64,000 bases of DNA from Acidimicrobiia bacterium (GTDB taxonomy: Bacteria; Actinomycetota; Acidimicrobiia; Spongiisociales; ZC4RG35): contig PKRG02000008.1 of assembly GCA_017577575.2 (NCBI GenBank), forward strand, positions 7,030-71,029, read 5' to 3'. The position numbers and the translations under genes were made by a program. Under the pieces are notes generated by a model, which saw only the letters and a list, made by a program, of their open reading frames with translations, was not told the origin of the DNA and ran no database searches. Positions 1-14,000 of the stretch are shown one piece after another; within the stretch, counting starts at the first letter, position 1; every line of letters begins with the position of its first letter.

Positions 1-185
1 ACGAGCCGCTGGCGGTTTCGGGACATCGGTTCCGACTCGCCGACGACCACCACAGCATCCTCATCTCCGCCCTCCGGCCGTGCGAGATGTTCGTCCACCC
101 ACTGGAGGGCGGTGGCCTGGTCGTCTGGCCGCACTGGCTGACCGACGGCACCGGCACCTACCACATCTCGATGTCGCCCTCCTGA
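1..185 (+). CDS. 3' end of a truncated CDS (hypothetical protein)
   Basis: Open frame from position 3 (EPLAVSGHRF...YHISMSPS) to TGA 183-185 with GC3-rich codons; 5' part lies outside the window. Confidence 0.6.
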   Translation, partial: EPLAVSGHRFRLADDHHSILISALRPCEMFVHPLEGGGLVVWPHWLTDGTGTYHISMSPS

Positions 186-190
186 ACGCA

Positions 191-217
191 GAACGCTCGA
201 GGGGGGATCTGCGTTTG
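191..217 (+). promoter_or_regulatory. Putative ECF-sigma promoter GAAC-N17-CGTTTG upstream of the sigma gene
   Basis: GAAC 191-194 and CGTT 212-215; resembles actinobacterial ECF consensus; lies within inverted repeat AACGCAGA (185-192)/TCTGCGTT (208-215). Confidence 0.5.
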
Positions 218-236
218 TGGGCGACAAAGGAGGAAC

Positions 237-734
237 TTGACCGCCTTGAGACATGCCACGACGCGCCTGCGGCAGCGGCAGTTTCCCGACTTCTATCGGG
301 TGCACCACCAGCCCGTCTTCCGCGCCCTGGCCGCCACGTTGGGGGACGTGGAACTGGCCCGGGAGGCGGCGGACGAGGCGATGACGCGGGCGTACCAGCG
401 GTGGTCGACCGTCTCGACCTACGACAACGCCCCAGGATGGGTGTACCGGGTGGGCCTGAACTGGGCCCGGTCCCGGCTGCGCAAGCAGACCCGCGAGTAC
501 CTCGACGAACGCCCCCCTGACAATCCCGTCCACCAGCCGCTTCCCGACCCGGACGTGGAACGTGCCCTCCGCGAGCTTCCGCTGGAGGAGCGCACGTTGG
601 TCGTCCTGCGTCACCTGATGGATTGGTCCTACGAAGAGATCGGCGCCGCTCTGGGCATCCCGGTAGGAACGGCGAAGAGCCGCCTGCACCGGGTGATGAA
701 CGAGCTGCGCCACAAGCTGGAGACGAAACGATGA
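237..734 (+). CDS. ECF-family RNA polymerase sigma factor
   Basis: Region 2 (AREAADEAMTRAYQRW...GWVYRVGLN) and region 4 (LVVLRHLMDWSYEEIGAALGIPVGTAKSRLHR); GGAGG RBS before TTG. Confidence 0.93.
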   Translation: MTALRHATTRLRQRQFPDFYRVHHQPVFRALAATLGDVELAREAADEAMTRAYQRWSTVSTYDNAPGWVYRVGLNWARSRLRKQTREYLDERPPDNPVHQPLPDPDVERALRELPLEERTLVVLRHLMDWSYEEIGAALGIPVGTAKSRLHRVMNELRHKLETKR

Positions 735-2335
735 ACACCGAGGAGCGCATCAGGAGCCACCTGGAGGCGACCACTTCCCATCTGGTGGCCGAGGACCGCC
801 TGGAAGAGGTGATGGCGGAGGGTCGCCGCCGTCAGATCCGTGCCCGCACCGCCCGGGTCCTCGGCGCCGCAGCCGTGGTGGCGCTCTTCGTCGGGGTGCT
901 GAGCGTGCTCGACACCCAGCCGTCCGGCCCGCCCGTCGCCACCGACCCCACTGCCTCCGTCCCGCCCGACACGTCCTCGACACCGGAGACGCCGGCGCCG
1001 GACACCACCACCGAGGCGACGACCACCACACCGGAGGCCCTCCCCGAGCCCGCCGGCGTGATCGTCGGAGGGCCGGACGGCATCACAGTCCTGGACCGGG
1101 AAGGGAACACTCTGGTCGAGCTGGGAGATTCGGGCCCCTACGCGGGCATCAGCTGGGTCGCTCCCGACCGTCAGGGCGGGATCCTCTTCCAGCACTCCAC
1201 CACGCCCATGCCCTGGGAGCAGGGGACCGTCCTGCGTCTGGCGGCCGGGGCGACGGAGCCGAGCCAGGTCGTGGCTCCCCCGCCCGGATCCACCCTCGTA
1301 CCCGTCGGGACCGGCGTGGGCGAGGCCGGCCGGCCGCTGTTCTATTACCTGGCGGACACGCCGACGGGCGACGGGAGTGTGAGCCGGTTGACCGCCATCG
1401 ACCTCGAGTCGGGCGAGACCCGGGACCTCGGCACGATCGAGCACGGGCCGGGCGCGTCCGTCGGGGTCGACGCGGGAGGCCTGGTCATCGACCTGGTGCG
1501 CGAGGGAGACTGTCGTGAGCACTCCTTCCAGCACATCACCGAAGGGCCGATCGATTCCCCGCTGTCGGACGAGTGCTTCCCCCGGACCACGATGACCGCC
1601 CTGTCGGCGGACGGGGCGACGATGGCCTTCCTGCCTTTCCAGGGCACCGAGCTGGTCGTACGGTCGGTCCGCACCGGTGAGGTCCTGTGGCAGCGGCAGG
1701 TGCCCGCCGGCGCCTTCAACCTGTGGTCGGGAGAAGGCGGTTGGGCGGTGCAGACACCGGACCAGACGGTGCTCGTGTCCGCTTCGGGAGAGACCTGGTC
1801 GCTCCCTCCGGCCGAGGAGGGAATGGCCGTCCCGTACGTCACCATGGACGTCGGCATGGACGCCGGGCTCGGCGGTGACAGCGCCGCCCTGCCCTGCCGG
1901 ACAACCGACGCCGACCTGGCGTCCCAGGACCTGCCCGAGCCGGTGGCCGCCACTCGCCGCCAGCTCGCCCGGCTGGCGGCGTCGTGCGACTACGAAGGGC
2001 TGGCGGAGCTCGCCCGGGAGCACGGGACCACGCTCAGCTTCGGCGACGCCTCGGACCCCGTCGACTTCTGGGTCGCCGAGGGACGCCAGGGCGAGGACCC
2101 GCTGGAGATCCTCGCCCGCGTGCTGGCGACCACCCCGGCGCAGGACACCGAAGCGGGCTACTGGGCATGGCCCGCCGCCCACCTGGATCCGGGCGACGAG
2201 GGCTCGTGGGCGGAGCTGGAGCGGATCTTCGGGCCGGAAACGGTCGGGGACCTGCGCCAGTACGAGGGGTACCTGGGCTGGCGGGTCGGCATCGCCGACG
2301 ACGGCACCTGGTGGTTCTTCGTCGCCGGGGACTAG
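731..2335 (+). CDS. Putative anti-sigma factor: short cytoplasmic N-terminus, one TM helix, Thr/Pro linker, large extracytoplasmic region
   Basis: ATG 731 overlaps sigma stop (ATGA); TM VLGAAAVVALFVGVLSVL; position directly after an ECF sigma gene. Confidence 0.72.
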   Translation: MNTEERIRSHLEATTSHLVAEDRLEEVMAEGRRRQIRARTARVLGAAAVVALFVGVLSVLDTQPSGPPVATDPTASVPPDTSSTPETPAPDTTTEATTTTPEALPEPAGVIVGGPDGITVLDREGNTLVELGDSGPYAGISWVAPDRQGGILFQHSTTPMPWEQGTVLRLAAGATEPSQVVAPPPGSTLVPVGTGVGEAGRPLFYYLADTPTGDGSVSRLTAIDLESGETRDLGTIEHGPGASVGVDAGGLVIDLVREGDCREHSFQHITEGPIDSPLSDECFPRTTMTALSADGATMAFLPFQGTELVVRSVRTGEVLWQRQVPAGAFNLWSGEGGWAVQTPDQTVLVSASGETWSLPPAEEGMAVPYVTMDVGMDAGLGGDSAALPCRTTDADLASQDLPEPVAATRRQLARLAASCDYEGLAELAREHGTTLSFGDASDPVDFWVAEGRQGEDPLEILARVLATTPAQDTEAGYWAWPAAHLDPGDEGSWAELERIFGPETVGDLRQYEGYLGWRVGIADDGTWWFFVAGD

Positions 2336-3375
2336 GAGGTGAGGAGCCGGCGCAGGTTGGCGTGGACCTGGCTCACCAGGCGGAGGTCGACCGACTCGTT
2401 CGCCTGGTGGGCCTGGGCGGCCTCTCCCGGCCCGTAGTTGACCGCCGGCACCCCGATCTCGGTGAATCGGGCGACGTCGGTCCAACCCTGCTTGGCGGCG
2501 CGGGGTGCGCCGCTGGATTCCTCCAACCGGGACAGCAGCGGGTGGTCCACCGCCACCGCTCCCGCCGGAGCGGTGTCGGTGACCTCGAATTCGTCGGCGC
2601 CCGCGCACATCTCCCGCAGCTCGGCGACCGCCTCTTCGACGGTCGTGTCGGGCGTGAACCTCATGTTCACGTTGACCGTGAACTCCGCCGGGACGATGTT
2701 GTTGGCGATCCCTCCCTCGGCCCGGGTCACCGCCACTGTGCGCCTGTACTCCAAGCCGTCGATCACGTGGGACCGGGGCTCGACCCGGTGCAGCCGGGCC
2801 AGCCACTCCCCCGCCTTGGTGATGGCGTTCTCGCCCCACCAGGGCCGCGCCGAGTGCGCCGCCCGACCGAGGAAACGCACGGTGGCGTTGATCACCCCGT
2901 TGCAGCCGTACTGGATCTCCCCGTCGGTGGGCTCGAGCACGATGGCGCAGTCGGCGCCGGAGAGCCAGTCGGCGGCGGCGAGGACGTCCCGCAGCTGGTT
3001 GTGCTCGTGTGGGCCTTCCTCGGCGGCGTAGAAGACCCCCACCACGTCGTAGGGGCCGGATGCGACCTCGGGGTCCTCCAGCAGGTGGATCATGACGGCG
3101 AGACCCGCCTTCATGTCCGACGCCCCCAAGCCGTAGAGACGCCCATTCTCGATCCGGGCCGGCCCCTGGCCCTGCGGTGGGACGGTGTCGGTGTGGCCGG
3201 CCAGCACCACGAGAGGGCGCCCGGAGGGCCGCCCCACCACGAGCGAGTCCCGCACCCGTTGCTGGGGCAAGGAGCCGAGACGCTCGGAGATCCTCCGGCA
3301 GATCTCGTCTTCCTGTCCGGTCGGCGAGGGGATGTCGACGAGCCAGGCCAGGGTGTCGGCGAGGGGGGCGTCCAT
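2332..3375 (-). CDS. dapE: Succinyl-diaminopimelate desuccinylase
   Basis: M20 motifs LAGHTDTV, GLGASDMK, EEG, GWTDVARF, NYGPG..AH; adjacent to dapD and dapC; start set at MDAPLA. Confidence 0.92.
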   Translation of the reverse strand: MDAPLADTLAWLVDIPSPTGQEDEICRRISERLGSLPQQRVRDSLVVGRPSGRPLVVLAGHTDTVPPQGQGPARIENGRLYGLGASDMKAGLAVMIHLLEDPEVASGPYDVVGVFYAAEEGPHEHNQLRDVLAAADWLSGADCAIVLEPTDGEIQYGCNGVINATVRFLGRAAHSARPWWGENAITKAGEWLARLHRVEPRSHVIDGLEYRRTVAVTRAEGGIANNIVPAEFTVNVNMRFTPDTTVEEAVAELREMCAGADEFEVTDTAPAGAVAVDHPLLSRLEESSGAPRAAKQGWTDVARFTEIGVPAVNYGPGEAAQAHQANESVDLRLVSQVHANLRRLLTS

Positions 3376-3417
3376 GGTTGCCAGCCTAACGACGCAGCCG
3401 TGTAGCCTCCGCGGTCT

Positions 3418-4386
3418 ATGAGTGAGAGCGCCAGCGGCATCGGTGTCGCCACGATCGACGCCCGAGGACAGGTCCTCGACACCTTCTATCCCCGCCCTCG
3501 CCTGGGGGCATCCGAGGGGATGGCGCCGGGCACGGTGAGGATCGACCCGGCCACCGCCGCTTCGTTCGGAGAGGAGCGGCTCGCCGCGTTGGCCGTGCCC
3601 GACCCGGACCGAAAGGTCGATCGGGTGCTGGTGGCCACCTCGATCGAGGATCTCGAACAGCCTCCGGCCGACCCCCACGACGCCTATCTGCGGCTCCACC
3701 TCCTCTCGCACCGCCTGGTCCGTCCCCACCAGATCAGCCTGGAGGGCATCTTCGGGGTGTTGAACAACGTCGTCTGGACGACGCAGGGGCCGTGCGCCAT
3801 CGAGGACTTCGAAGAGACCCGCATCCGGCTCCTCGCCGCCGGCCGGCCCGTGCACGTCACCTCGGTCGACAAGTTCCCCCGGATGACCGACTACGTGGTG
3901 CCCACCGGGGTGCGCATCGCCGACGCCGACCGGGTGCGACTCGGCGCCTACCTGTCGGAGGGCACGACGGTGATGCACGAGGGCTTCGTGAACTTCAACG
4001 CCGGCACCCTGGGGGCGTCGATGGTCGAGGGACGGATCTCTGCCGGAGTGGTCGTCGGGGACGGCACCGACATCGGCGGCGGCGCCTCGATCATGGGGAC
4101 CCTCTCCGGCGGCGGCACCGAGATCATCTCCGTCGGGAAGCGGTGCCTGCTCGGCGCCAACTCGGGTCTGGGCATCTCGCTCGGAGACGATTGCATCGTC
4201 GAAGCCGGCCTCTACCTCACCGCCGGGACCGTCGTCACCCTCCCCGACGGAACCCGCCGCAAGGCCCGGGAGCTGTCGGGTGCCAGCGGGCTCCTTTTCC
4301 GCCGCAACTCGACCACCGGCGTGGTGGAGGCCCTCCCCACCAAAGGCACCTGGTCGGGCCTCAACGAGGAGCTACACGCCAACTAG
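3418..4386 (+). CDS. dapD: Tetrahydrodipicolinate N-succinyltransferase (actinobacterial type)
   Basis: [52 protein letters not shown]. Confidence 0.96.
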   Translation: MSESASGIGVATIDARGQVLDTFYPRPRLGASEGMAPGTVRIDPATAASFGEERLAALAVPDPDRKVDRVLVATSIEDLEQPPADPHDAYLRLHLLSHRLVRPHQISLEGIFGVLNNVVWTTQGPCAIEDFEETRIRLLAAGRPVHVTSVDKFPRMTDYVVPTGVRIADADRVRLGAYLSEGTTVMHEGFVNFNAGTLGASMVEGRISAGVVVGDGTDIGGGASIMGTLSGGGTEIISVGKRCLLGANSGLGISLGDDCIVEAGLYLTAGTVVTLPDGTRRKARELSGASGLLFRRNSTTGVVEALPTKGTWSGLNEELHAN

Positions 4387-5520
4387 GGCGCGGCGGATCA
4401 CTTCCACCGCCCGCCGGCACGTCTCCACGTCGGGCACCAGGGCGAGCCGGAGGTATCCGAAGCCGCGGTCGCCGAAGATGCGGCCGGGCGACACGAACAC
4501 TCCGGTGTCGGCGAGAGCGTCGGCGGCCGCGAGGTCGTCGTCCACCTTCACCCACAGGTACAGCCCCGCCTCCGACGCGACGACCTCCAGCCCGGCCGCT
4601 TCGAGCCCTTCGCGCATGACTCGGCGCTTCTCCCCGAAGATCCGTCGCCTCTCCGCCACGTGGGCGTCGTCCTCCCACGCCGTCACCGCCGCCCATTGCA
4701 CGAACTCCGGCGACGCCGTCCCGGTGGACGTCCGCAGCCGGTAGAGCCGCTCGATGGCGGCCGGGTCGCCGACGATCGCCCCCGAGCGGTAGCCGGTCAT
4801 GCCGGACCGCTTGGACAGCGAGAAGTAGGCGAGGACGCCTCGGGCGCCTTCGGCGACCTGGAGGACCGACGGCGGCGGCTCGGCTCCTTCGGCATGGAGG
4901 TCGATGTAGCACTCGTCGCTGCACACCAAGACGTCGTGGCGGCGCGCCTCGTCCACCAGGCCGGCGAGCTCGGTCTCCGACATCACCGCTCCGGTCGGGT
5001 TGGAGGGCGTGCAGATCCACAGCATGGCCATGCGGCCCCACAGCGACGGCGGCACCGACTCGACGGTGGTGACGAAGCCCTCCCCGGCGGGGATCGGCAC
5101 CGCCTCGGCGCCCGCCAGCACCGCGCCGCGGGCGTACACCGGGTATCCGGGATCGGGGTAGCCGACGGCGTCGCCGCGCTCCCGGTCGACGAAGGCCAGC
5201 GCCGTCGAGAAGATCGCCTCTTTGGCTCCCGATGTCGGGATGACCTGGGTGTCGGGGTCCACGCTCACGCCGAACCGGCGCCGCACGTAGCCGGCGATGG
5301 CCCGCCGCAGTTCGGGGATGCCGTTGGTCGTGGGGTACTGGGAGACGGCGGGGACGTGTCGGCGCAGCTGCTCGGGGATCTCCTCCCAGGTCGGCTCGCG
5401 GGGGTCGCCGAGCGTGAAGTCGATGACGTCGGCGCCTTCGTCGCGCAGTCGCCGCACCTTCTGCTGGAGGCCGGCTATCGGGTGGGCCCCGACCCTGTCG
5501 AGCGCGGGGTTGGTGCGCAT
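4372..5520 (-). CDS. dapC: Class I/II PLP aminotransferase, probably succinyl-diaminopimelate aminotransferase
   Basis: [25 protein letters not shown]; dap gene context. Confidence 0.85.
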   Translation of the reverse strand: MRTNPALDRVGAHPIAGLQQKVRRLRDEGADVIDFTLGDPREPTWEEIPEQLRRHVPAVSQYPTTNGIPELRRAIAGYVRRRFGVSVDPDTQVIPTSGAKEAIFSTALAFVDRERGDAVGYPDPGYPVYARGAVLAGAEAVPIPAGEGFVTTVESVPPSLWGRMAMLWICTPSNPTGAVMSETELAGLVDEARRHDVLVCSDECYIDLHAEGAEPPPSVLQVAEGARGVLAYFSLSKRSGMTGYRSGAIVGDPAAIERLYRLRTSTGTASPEFVQWAAVTAWEDDAHVAERRRIFGEKRRVMREGLEAAGLEVVASEAGLYLWVKVDDDLAAADALADTGVFVSPGRIFGDRGFGYLRLALVPDVETCRRAVEVIRRALVGV

Positions 5521-5586
5521 GGGGCGAGGCTAGCCAGCGGCGGCTCTTTTCTGGCTTGTCCGCCCGGCTGCGGTACCGTCCATGAC

Positions 5587-5976
5587 GTGCCCTATCGCCT
5601 GATCTATGCCGGGCTGGCACTGTTGGCGGTGGCCGTCGTGGCCCTGGGGGTGGCGCTCGCCCCCGAGGGGGACCCCGTCGAGTTGCCGGGCCCGATCGAA
5701 GCGGTCTCCCCCGCTCCCGGGGAGACGGTGATCCGCCAGGCCGTGCTGTCGGTCGACCTGGACATCGGCTACGAGGCGACGATCTTCGTGGACGGGATGC
5801 CCATCCCCGACGCCCAGTTCGTGCCCGCGACCGGCGTGTACACGTGGGCGCCCCACGCCAATTCGGCGGTGATGACGGAGTGGTCCACCGGCGAGCACAC
5901 GGTGCGGGTGGAGTGGCTGAAGGTCTCGGGCACCCCCGAGGGCGGCGAGTTCGAGTGGTCCTTCCGGGTCCACTGA
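5587..5976 (+). CDS. Hypothetical membrane-anchored protein with a small beta-rich (Ig-like) domain
   Basis: GTG 5587 lies 7 nt after TACCGT; N-terminal hydrophobic helix; ends GEHTVRVEW...FEWSFRV. Confidence 0.7.
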   Translation: MPYRLIYAGLALLAVAVVALGVALAPEGDPVELPGPIEAVSPAPGETVIRQAVLSVDLDIGYEATIFVDGMPIPDAQFVPATGVYTWAPHANSAVMTEWSTGEHTVRVEWLKVSGTPEGGEFEWSFRVH

Positions 5977-5980
5977 ACCC

Positions 5981-8810
<2,830 letters not shown>

Positions 8811-8888
8811 TCTCCAAATCCCTCCGGGGCGTAAGGGGGGCAACGAGATTCGGCGCACCAGCCTACCCCGTGGCCGGCGACGCGGTAG

Positions 8889-9485
8889 TCAGCGTACTAG
8901 ACGCGGTAAACGATTACCGACATCCTCTCTGAAAGCCTCCCAAGCCTCCGCCGCCGTCAACTCGGCGGTGAACAGCCGGGCGAGCGCCTCGAAGGCGGAG
9001 ATCGCCTCGGGTTGGAAGCCCCCGGCGTCGGCGACGGCTCCGACGAGCCCCACCCATTCCCCGTCGGCCATCACCGGGACGTTCAGCGACCATCGCACCC
9101 TGGTGGTGGCATAGCGGCGGGCGAGATCGGGCGGCATCTCCTCTACGGAGACCACCACCGTCTCCCCCCGGGCCCAGCGGGCCAGGTACGGCTCGACCTC
9201 CCGGTGGGGGATGACTTCCAGGCGCGCCACCCGCTGGGCGCGGCGGGACACGTCGACGGTCGTGATCGTCAGCACCAGCGCGCCGGAGGGCCCGTGGACC
9301 GGATGGAAGAAGTTCAACTCGATGAACCCGGCCAGGGGCCGCCATCGGGAAACGACGCGGCCCAGCCGCTCCTCCGCTCGCGACCAGTCGGCCGTGAGGA
9401 GGTCGTGGAATCGGCCCGCCCGCGTGCCCCGCAAGGGGGCGAACATCTCGACCCGAGGCGCCCCTACCGCCTCACTCGTCACCAT
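8889..9485 (-). CDS. Stand-alone GAF-domain protein
   Basis: VRWSLNVPVMADGEWVGLVG...FQPEAISAFEALARL is a GAF C-terminal pattern. Confidence 0.68.
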   Translation of the reverse strand: MVTSEAVGAPRVEMFAPLRGTRAGRFHDLLTADWSRAEERLGRVVSRWRPLAGFIELNFFHPVHGPSGALVLTITTVDVSRRAQRVARLEVIPHREVEPYLARWARGETVVVSVEEMPPDLARRYATTRVRWSLNVPVMADGEWVGLVGAVADAGGFQPEAISAFEALARLFTAELTAAEAWEAFREDVGNRLPRLVR

Positions 9486-9529
9486 GGAGCAAGTCTGGTC
9501 GCTCGTCCCGGAGGGGGGAAATCGCGCAT

Positions 9530-9555
9530 GGAATTCGGCGCAGGGGGTAGCGGTT
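9530..9555 (+). promoter_or_regulatory. SigR/SigH-type promoter GGAAT-N18-GTT upstream of thioredoxin
   Basis: GGAAT 9530-9534 and GTT 9553-9555 with exact N18 spacing; thioredoxins are established SigR/SigH targets. Confidence 0.72.
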
Positions 9556-9586
9556 GAACCGAAAGCAATCGAATCCAGGAGAGCCA

Positions 9587-9961
9587 GTGGCGACCATCGC
9601 CCTCACCAAGGACAACTTCACCGACACGATCAACCGCAACGACACGGTGATCATCGACTTCTGGGCCGACTGGTGCGAACCGTGCCGCGCCTTCGCCCCG
9701 ACGTTCGAAGCGGCGTCCGAGAAGCACACCGACATCGTCTTCGCCAAAGTCGACACCGACGACCAGCAAGAACTGGCAGGGGCCCTCGACATCCGGGCGA
9801 TACCGACGCTCATGGTGTTCCGGGATCAGATCCTCCTCTACCGGGAGCCGGGAGCCCTGCCACCTCCCGTGCTCGAGGACCTGATCAGCCAGGTGAGGGC
9901 CTTGGACATGGACGAGGTCCGCCGCCAGATCGCCGAGCAGCCGGCCGAAGAAGAGCTCTAG
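9587..9961 (+). CDS. trxA: Thioredoxin
   Basis: [26 protein letters not shown]; AGGAG RBS before GTG 9587. Confidence 0.93.
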   Translation: MATIALTKDNFTDTINRNDTVIIDFWADWCEPCRAFAPTFEAASEKHTDIVFAKVDTDDQQELAGALDIRAIPTLMVFRDQILLYREPGALPPPVLEDLISQVRALDMDEVRRQIAEQPAEEEL

Positions 9962-11019
9962 GCCGCCTTGTGGGCGGAGGCGATGATCCCCCCGCCCAGC
10001 ACTTCGTCTTCCCGGTAGAAGGTCGCCGTCTGCCCGGCGGCGACCGCCTGCTGGGGCTCCTCGAAGACCACCCTGTCCCCGTCGACCACGGCGGGAACGG
10101 CCTCCCCGTGGGCCCGGTACTGGACGAGGACCTCGCCGCTCGCCGGCTCCCCCGACACCCACGAGACCTGTTCCAGCGTCACCGCTCCGACCAGAAGGTC
10201 ACGGCGCGGGCCGATCGTCACCGTGGCGGTGCGAGCATCGATCGACGTGACGAAACGCGGCTCGCCCACCGCCACGCCGAGGCCCCGGCGCTGGCCGATG
10301 GTGAACCCGACGATGCCCTGGTGGCGGCCCACCACTCGCCCTCGCTCGTCGACTATGGGGCCGGGCACGAATCCCTCGGGGGCGGCCGAGGCGAGGAACT
10401 GGCGGTAGTCGCCGCCGCGGACGAAGCAGATGTCCATCGACTCCGGCTTGTTGGCCGTCCTCAGCCCCAGCTCGGCCGCCTTGCGGCGGGTCTCGGCCTT
10501 GGTCAGCTCACCGACGGGGAACCGCACCCGCTCCAGTTCCGCCTGGCCGAGCATCGACAGCACGTAGGACTGGTCCTTTCTGCGGTCTGCCCCGCGCAGG
10601 AGCCGCCACCTGCCGCCGTCGTGGCGGATGCGGGCGTAGTGGCCGGTCACCACCCAGTCGCAGCCGAGGTCGGTGGCGTGGTCGAGCAGGGCGGAGAACT
10701 TCACCGTCCGGTTGCACTCCACGCAGGGGTTGGGGGTGCGGCCGGCGAGATAGTCGCCGACGAATCGGTCGATGACCCCGGTCGAGAAGTGGTCGGTGTA
10801 GTCGACGACGTAGTAGGGGATGCCGAGGCGGGCGGCGACCCGGCGGGCGTCCTCGGCGTCGGAGACGGTGCAGCAGCCCGAAGTGGGCGCTTCCCCGTTG
10901 GGCCCCTCCCACATCTTCATCGTCACACCGACCACGTCGTGGCCCGCCTCCACCATCAGGGCGGCGGCGACCGACGAGTCCACTCCTCCGGACATGGCGA
11001 CGAGAACGGAACGGGCCAT
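9958..11019 (-). CDS. mnmA: tRNA-specific 2-thiouridylase
   Basis: [11 protein letters not shown]-loop, [36 protein letters not shown]. Confidence 0.97.
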   Translation of the reverse strand: MARSVLVAMSGGVDSSVAAALMVEAGHDVVGVTMKMWEGPNGEAPTSGCCTVSDAEDARRVAARLGIPYYVVDYTDHFSTGVIDRFVGDYLAGRTPNPCVECNRTVKFSALLDHATDLGCDWVVTGHYARIRHDGGRWRLLRGADRRKDQSYVLSMLGQAELERVRFPVGELTKAETRRKAAELGLRTANKPESMDICFVRGGDYRQFLASAAPEGFVPGPIVDERGRVVGRHQGIVGFTIGQRRGLGVAVGEPRFVTSIDARTATVTIGPRRDLLVGAVTLEQVSWVSGEPASGEVLVQYRAHGEAVPAVVDGDRVVFEEPQQAVAAGQTATFYREDEVLGGGIIASAHKAA

Positions 11020-11061
11020 CGACCCAGAGGGTAAAGCGGGCGGAGCGCCTTGCGGTAGCGA

Positions 11062-14000
11062 CTACTCCTCGCCCAGCGCGTAGAGGGTGCCGTCGCCGGA
11101 GGCGACGAACACGGCTCCCTCGACGACTGCCGGCGACGACCGCACGAAGTTGCCCGTCTGCCATCTCCACAACTCGTCGCCCGTCTCGGCGTCGACGGCG
11201 ATGGCGAGCCCGTCCTCGGTCCCGAAGTACACGGCGTCGCCGGCGACCACCGGAGCGCCGGAGATGAGGCTGCCGGCGTCGACGGTGGAGGCGGGCCAGG
11301 CATGGCTGTTGTCGCGCAGGTCGATGGAGTAGAGGAACCGGCCGGACGGCAGGTACATCCGGTCGCCGCGGATCGCCGGCGCCACTTCGACCGCGGTCTC
11401 GGTGCCGTACAGGGGCAGGCGGCCGGGGACGGGTCTCTGGCCGCATTCGCCGATCGGCCGTACGAAGATCGTGTTGCCCCTGGTCGGCAGGTAGAGGGCG
11501 TCGGCGATGACCGGGTTGGCGACGATCGCCGCCCCGGCGTCGAATTGGCAGCGAGCCTCGCCGGTCGCCGCCTCGATGAGGTGCAGCTCCCCGCCTTCCG
11601 TCCCCACGTACACCACCCCGTCGTGGTACACGAGGGGGGCGCTCACCACCCCGAGGCCATCGCCTTCGGCGGGATATCGCCACACCTCCTGGCCGTCGAC
11701 GAGCTCGAGGGCGTGCACCGACCCGTCGCTCGTCGCCACGAACGCCTTCCCATCCGCCACCACCGGCGACGACGTGATCCTGGAGCCGAGCCGCACCGCC
11801 CACGCCTCGGACTGGAGGTCGCTCAGCGCATCACGGGCCCGGACGATCCCGTCGTCGCCGGCCAGCACCACCAGAGCCGACGTCACCCCCTCCCCCACGT
11901 CAGCGGAGGCGATCTCCGGCGTCGTGGTGATGCGCCCGTCGGTGCGCATCGTCCATACCTGGTTGCCTGTCGTCTGGTCCAGGGCGTAGAGGGTGCCGTC
12001 GGTGCTGGCCACGTAGACGTTCCGGCCGTAGGCGACCGGCGTCGACTCGATGGGCCCGGCGGTGGTGTAGGTCCAGAAGAACCCGTCCACGGACCTGGGG
12101 CCGGCCGTGTCGAGGACCCCGGTGCGGGTGGCGCCGCCTCGGTAGGGAGCGGACCCGATGATCTCCGGTGGCGGTTCGAGCCGGAGGTCCTCCAGGGAGG
12201 CCTCGGCGGGCTGGGTGACCGCCACCTCCCGGACGATCGTCACCGGCGGGGGCGTGGGGGTGAGCCGGGACACCGCCACCGAGGCGCCCACGGCGAGGAC
12301 GACGACGCCGAGGCCGGCCGCGATCATCTGGGCGATGGACAACCTCCGGGGTGGCCCGACCAGGCCGCGGCGGCGCCGTTGGGCGGGGCTGAGCACGGTG
12401 TCGGCGGCGAGGCCGGCACGTTCCAGCGCTTCCTCCAGGACTCGGCGGCTCTCTTCGATGCCCGCGTCGGGGGCCGGCTCGAGCGCTTCGAGAGCGGCTG
12501 TGATGCCGGGCTGGCGCCTCCAGTCTTCCTGCCAGTCCTCGGGGACGCGGGAAACGAGGGCGCGGATCGCCCGGATCGCCGGGGCTGCCTCGGCTGCGTG
12601 CCACAGGCGTCCTGCCTCGGCTGCCCGGGCGGCCAGCATGGGGTTGCCGATGTTCACCGCCAGGGCCATCGCCTCCCGGGCGATGCGGGAGTCCCGCCTT
12701 TGCTCGGCGATGACGCACATGAGCTCGGCCGCCCATCCGTACAGGCGGGCCTGGAGGAGAGCATCGGCGAGGTCGATGGCGTCGCGGTGACGGAACCGCC
12801 CCTCGGCCGCTTCGAGCTCCATCCCGATCGCCGCGCATCGTGACCGCAGCCGCCACCCATCGGCACCCGGGGGCGTGGCGGCGACCGCCGCCTCCAGCGC
12901 TTCTTTGGCCGCGGAGGTCTCTCCTCTCTTCGAGCGGATCGAGGCGAGGAGGCTCAGCACCACGTTGCGCCAGGCGGGCAGCTGCAGCTCGACGAGGTCG
13001 AGGGCACGCTCGGCGGCGGCTTCGGCCTCGCCCAGGCGCCCGTAGGCGAGGCCGCCTTCCGCCAGGGCGAGCTCGGCCAGGAACAGGGGTGCTTCCACCT
13101 GCGCCAGGTCGGCGAGGCGCCTCGCCTCTTCCACCGCGCTGCGCGCCGCGTCGGGGTGGCCGGAGGCGAAGAGCGCCCGTGCTCGCCACGCCTCCTTGTC
13201 GGCTCGCCCGGCGACGTCGTCGGGCGGAGTGGTGTCGCGGAGATGGGTGAACTGCATCTCCGCCTGGACCGCCTGGCCCCGGTCGAACGCGATCCAGGCG
13301 CGGTTGTTCTCGCCGTTGGCCCGCTGGTTCGCCGTCGCTTCCCCGGCGGCGAGGAGCTGCATTCCCTTCTCGACGAGGGCGTCGCACTCGTCGGCGAACC
13401 CGAGGCGGTTCAGCGCCCGAGCGCGGAACGTGCTGAGAGAACCGAGTTTGGCGATGGCTCCTAGGCGGGCCGCTTCCCATTCGGCCACGGCGAGCAGGCG
13501 CTCCGCCTCCTGGGGCCGCTGGCGGTCGTCGGCCACCGCGGCGGCGAACCCGAGCGCGTCGACCCGGGCCTCTCCCTCGAGAAGCGACACCGCCGCCTCC
13601 AGCTCCGCGGCGGCTTCGTCGGAACGGCCGGCGGCGCGCAGATGCCGGCCCCGGATCAGATGCAGGTGCCCCACCTCGTGGGCGCCGGCAGAGATCGCAG
13701 CCGACGCCTCCAGTGCTGCGCCGGCCAGCTCGTGGGCCTCACCCATCGCCGCCCGCTCCGCGGCGAAGAACGCCGCCGCCCGCAGGTGCGGGTAGGCGCC
13801 CGCCGGGTCGCCGGCCGCCATGCGCAGCAAACCGATCACCTCGGGCCCGCTTCCGGAGCCCTCCAGGACGTCGGCGAGGCGCCTGGCGACGTGGCCCCGT
13901 CGGGCCTCCCCCACCGCCACGGGTCGGGCGCACAGGAACCCACCTCGCGCTTCTGTGAGGTAGCCGTCGGAGACGAGGGATTCGGCGAGGGCGAGGGTGT

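Noticed and set aside
5557-5580. TGTCCG before TACCGT upstream of the 5587 gene as a PafBC site
   Set aside because: The spacer is 11 nt rather than 10 and the gene has no evident link to DNA repair
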